This document shows positions 63,080 to 64,000 of a DNA stretch of 64,000 nucleotides, piece by piece (the first letter of the stretch is position 1; each line of letters opens with the position of its first letter). The notes beneath the pieces were generated by a model, which worked only from the letters and a program-made list of their open reading frames with translations, was not told the DNA's origin and did no database searches. Origin of the DNA: Paramoeba atlantica (taxonomy: Eukaryota > Protista > Discosea); contig CDRNVI010000148.1 in the NCBI GenBank assembly GCA_977017575.1, forward strand, positions 248,001-312,000, read 5' to 3'. Made by a program: the position numbers and the translations under genes.

Positions 63080-64000
63080 ATGCGTTTGGCGTTCCTCTGT
63101 TGTTTGTTCTTTGTTATTCTTCTCCTTCCTTGTTCTTTTTGTGATGACGTAAAAGGATGTTTTCGTTATTCTCTTGAAAATGAATGCTCGATTGTGTTGA
63201 CCGGGAATGTATCGATTGAAGAGAATGAACAAGAGGATTTCTTCAACCAGAATGTTTCCTTGGTTGTTTCAAACGTTCGAATGGTCCAAGAAAGTTGTCG
63301 AAGACCTTTTTTGTTTTATTATTGCCAATTAATGTTTGGAGGATTTTCATGTGAATCTTCTTCTCTTCAAGAACAACATTGTTTGGAACAAGAATCTTGT
63401 TTTCAAGTTTCTTCTCTTTGTTCTGATGATTTTCAACTCAATTGTTCCCTCTCTTCCTCTCTCTCTCCTTCTCCTTCTCCTTCTCCTTCTCCAACAAATG
63501 GATGTGAAAGTGAAGTTGAAAGACAAATTGATGAAGTGAAAGAAACACCAATTAAGGTTGAAACATGTTTGAATGGATCAAAAGAGAGAATTGAATGTTG
63601 TCCAGATCCGTTTACTTTTGATGATAATGATGAATGTGTTGTTGAATGTTATCAATATCTTTTTGGACAATCTTTGGAATATTGGGTTCGAATTATCAGT
63701 TTTGTGTTCACATGGTTCTCTTTATTCACTTTCGGAGTTTCATTGATTCCTCTTTCTCTGATGACTGATTTAAGGTAAATTTTTACTCTTTTTTCTCGAT
63801 CTTTTGGCTCATTGTTTCATTTTTGATTGTTGAGAAAACTTTGATTCTTGATGACTTTTCTCATTTTTCTTTCGAAAGGTATCCAAACAATGTCATTTTC
63901 CTATCTGAAGGAAGTCTCATTCTTGCGTGTTTATGTCTCGATTGGTCAACTTTTGTTGGTTTGGTTTTTTTCATTTCAAAAAACAAACTCTTTCTGATTG
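63080..64000 (+). CDS. Fsl-type GPCR, copy C (runs off the window)
   Basis: CRD exon is near-identical to copies A and B, with the same first introns. Confidence 0.8.

Overview
This is AT-rich, intron-rich eukaryotic nuclear DNA in the standard genetic code. An amoebozoan origin is inferred from a Shk-type kinase-SH2 gene, Fsl-type frizzled-like receptors, a hisactophilin-like beta-trefoil and a DUSE-like snRNA promoter element. I reconstructed about 25 protein genes by hand-splicing, plus U6 snRNA and four tRNAs (Gly-TCC, 2x Arg-TCT, Ser-TGA). Most listed short ORFs are low-complexity antisense or intron artefacts. Best leads: (1) a C-terminal peptide tag, [N/M]IKPA[K/V]x(1-5)-stop, ends four unrelated gene families, usually on its own tiny phase-0 terminal exon and with different synonymous codons; (2) a ~1.8-kb insert flanked by ~65-bp direct repeats carries an intronless RPA1-like multi-OB-fold reading frame completed by a captured antisense exon from a gene 8 kb away; (3) a beta-trefoil gene is nested on the same strand in intron 1 of a flavin-binding-protein gene; (4) a divergent NOX/ferric-reductase-like protein has an extra membrane module; (5) a head-to-head pair (Fsl receptor plus small tagged protein) is undergoing duplication. 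Several frameshifts fall in homopolymers or microsatellites and may be assembly errors. All gene models and family calls are by eye, with no database searches.
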